Program-made: the position numbers and the translations under genes
Shown here: positions 19,918 to 20,000 of the stretch, piece by piece
Position numbering within the stretch: position 1 is the first letter of the stretch
How the letters are laid out: each line of letters starts with the position of its first letter
Origin: Vicugna vicugna
Taxonomy: Eukaryota
Assembly: GCA_013265495.1 (NCBI GenBank)
Contig: MU058198.1
Coordinates: 300,689 to 320,688 of the forward strand
DNA length: 20,000 nucleotides
Reading direction: 5' to 3'
The notes under the pieces: generated by a model
Told to the model about the DNA's origin: nothing
Database searches by the model: none
The model's input: the letters and a program-made list of their open reading frames with translations, nothing else

Positions 19918-20000
19918 GAAGCAGCCCTTCCAGTCCTTCCTCATGTTTAACACCTTCACCTCGAATCTGATGTTGGATCATTAAATCCCTGCATCCCTGC

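Noticed and set aside
1..20000. CRISPR array, operon or prokaryotic defence system
   Set aside because: No regularly spaced direct repeats or gene-dense ORFs; the sequence is eutherian repeat-rich non-coding DNA

Overview
This is non-coding mammalian genomic DNA (intronic or intergenic), very likely from a camelid. The main evidence is three tRNA-Ala(AGC)-derived SINEs with a GGGGGAGGG head that match the camelid vic-1 type. Much of the window is recognisable transposon relics: LINE-1 3' ends, LINE-2, MIR, MER20/MER5/MER63-like DNA transposons, three MLT1 solo LTRs and three LTR16-like ERVL LTRs. Several are nested and some keep target-site duplications (TSDs). None of the supplied ORFs resembles a protein I recognise, and many overlap repeats. 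I found no convincing protein-coding gene, CRISPR array or novel system. The best leads are modest: a promoter/enhancer-like motif cluster at ~540-760, a candidate + strand exon at 4870-5057, all six LTRs on the same strand, an internally deleted MLT1 with a perfect TSD, and inverted MER20 and MIR pairs. Repeat families were called by eye from remembered consensus sequences, so boundaries are approximate unless a TSD is given.
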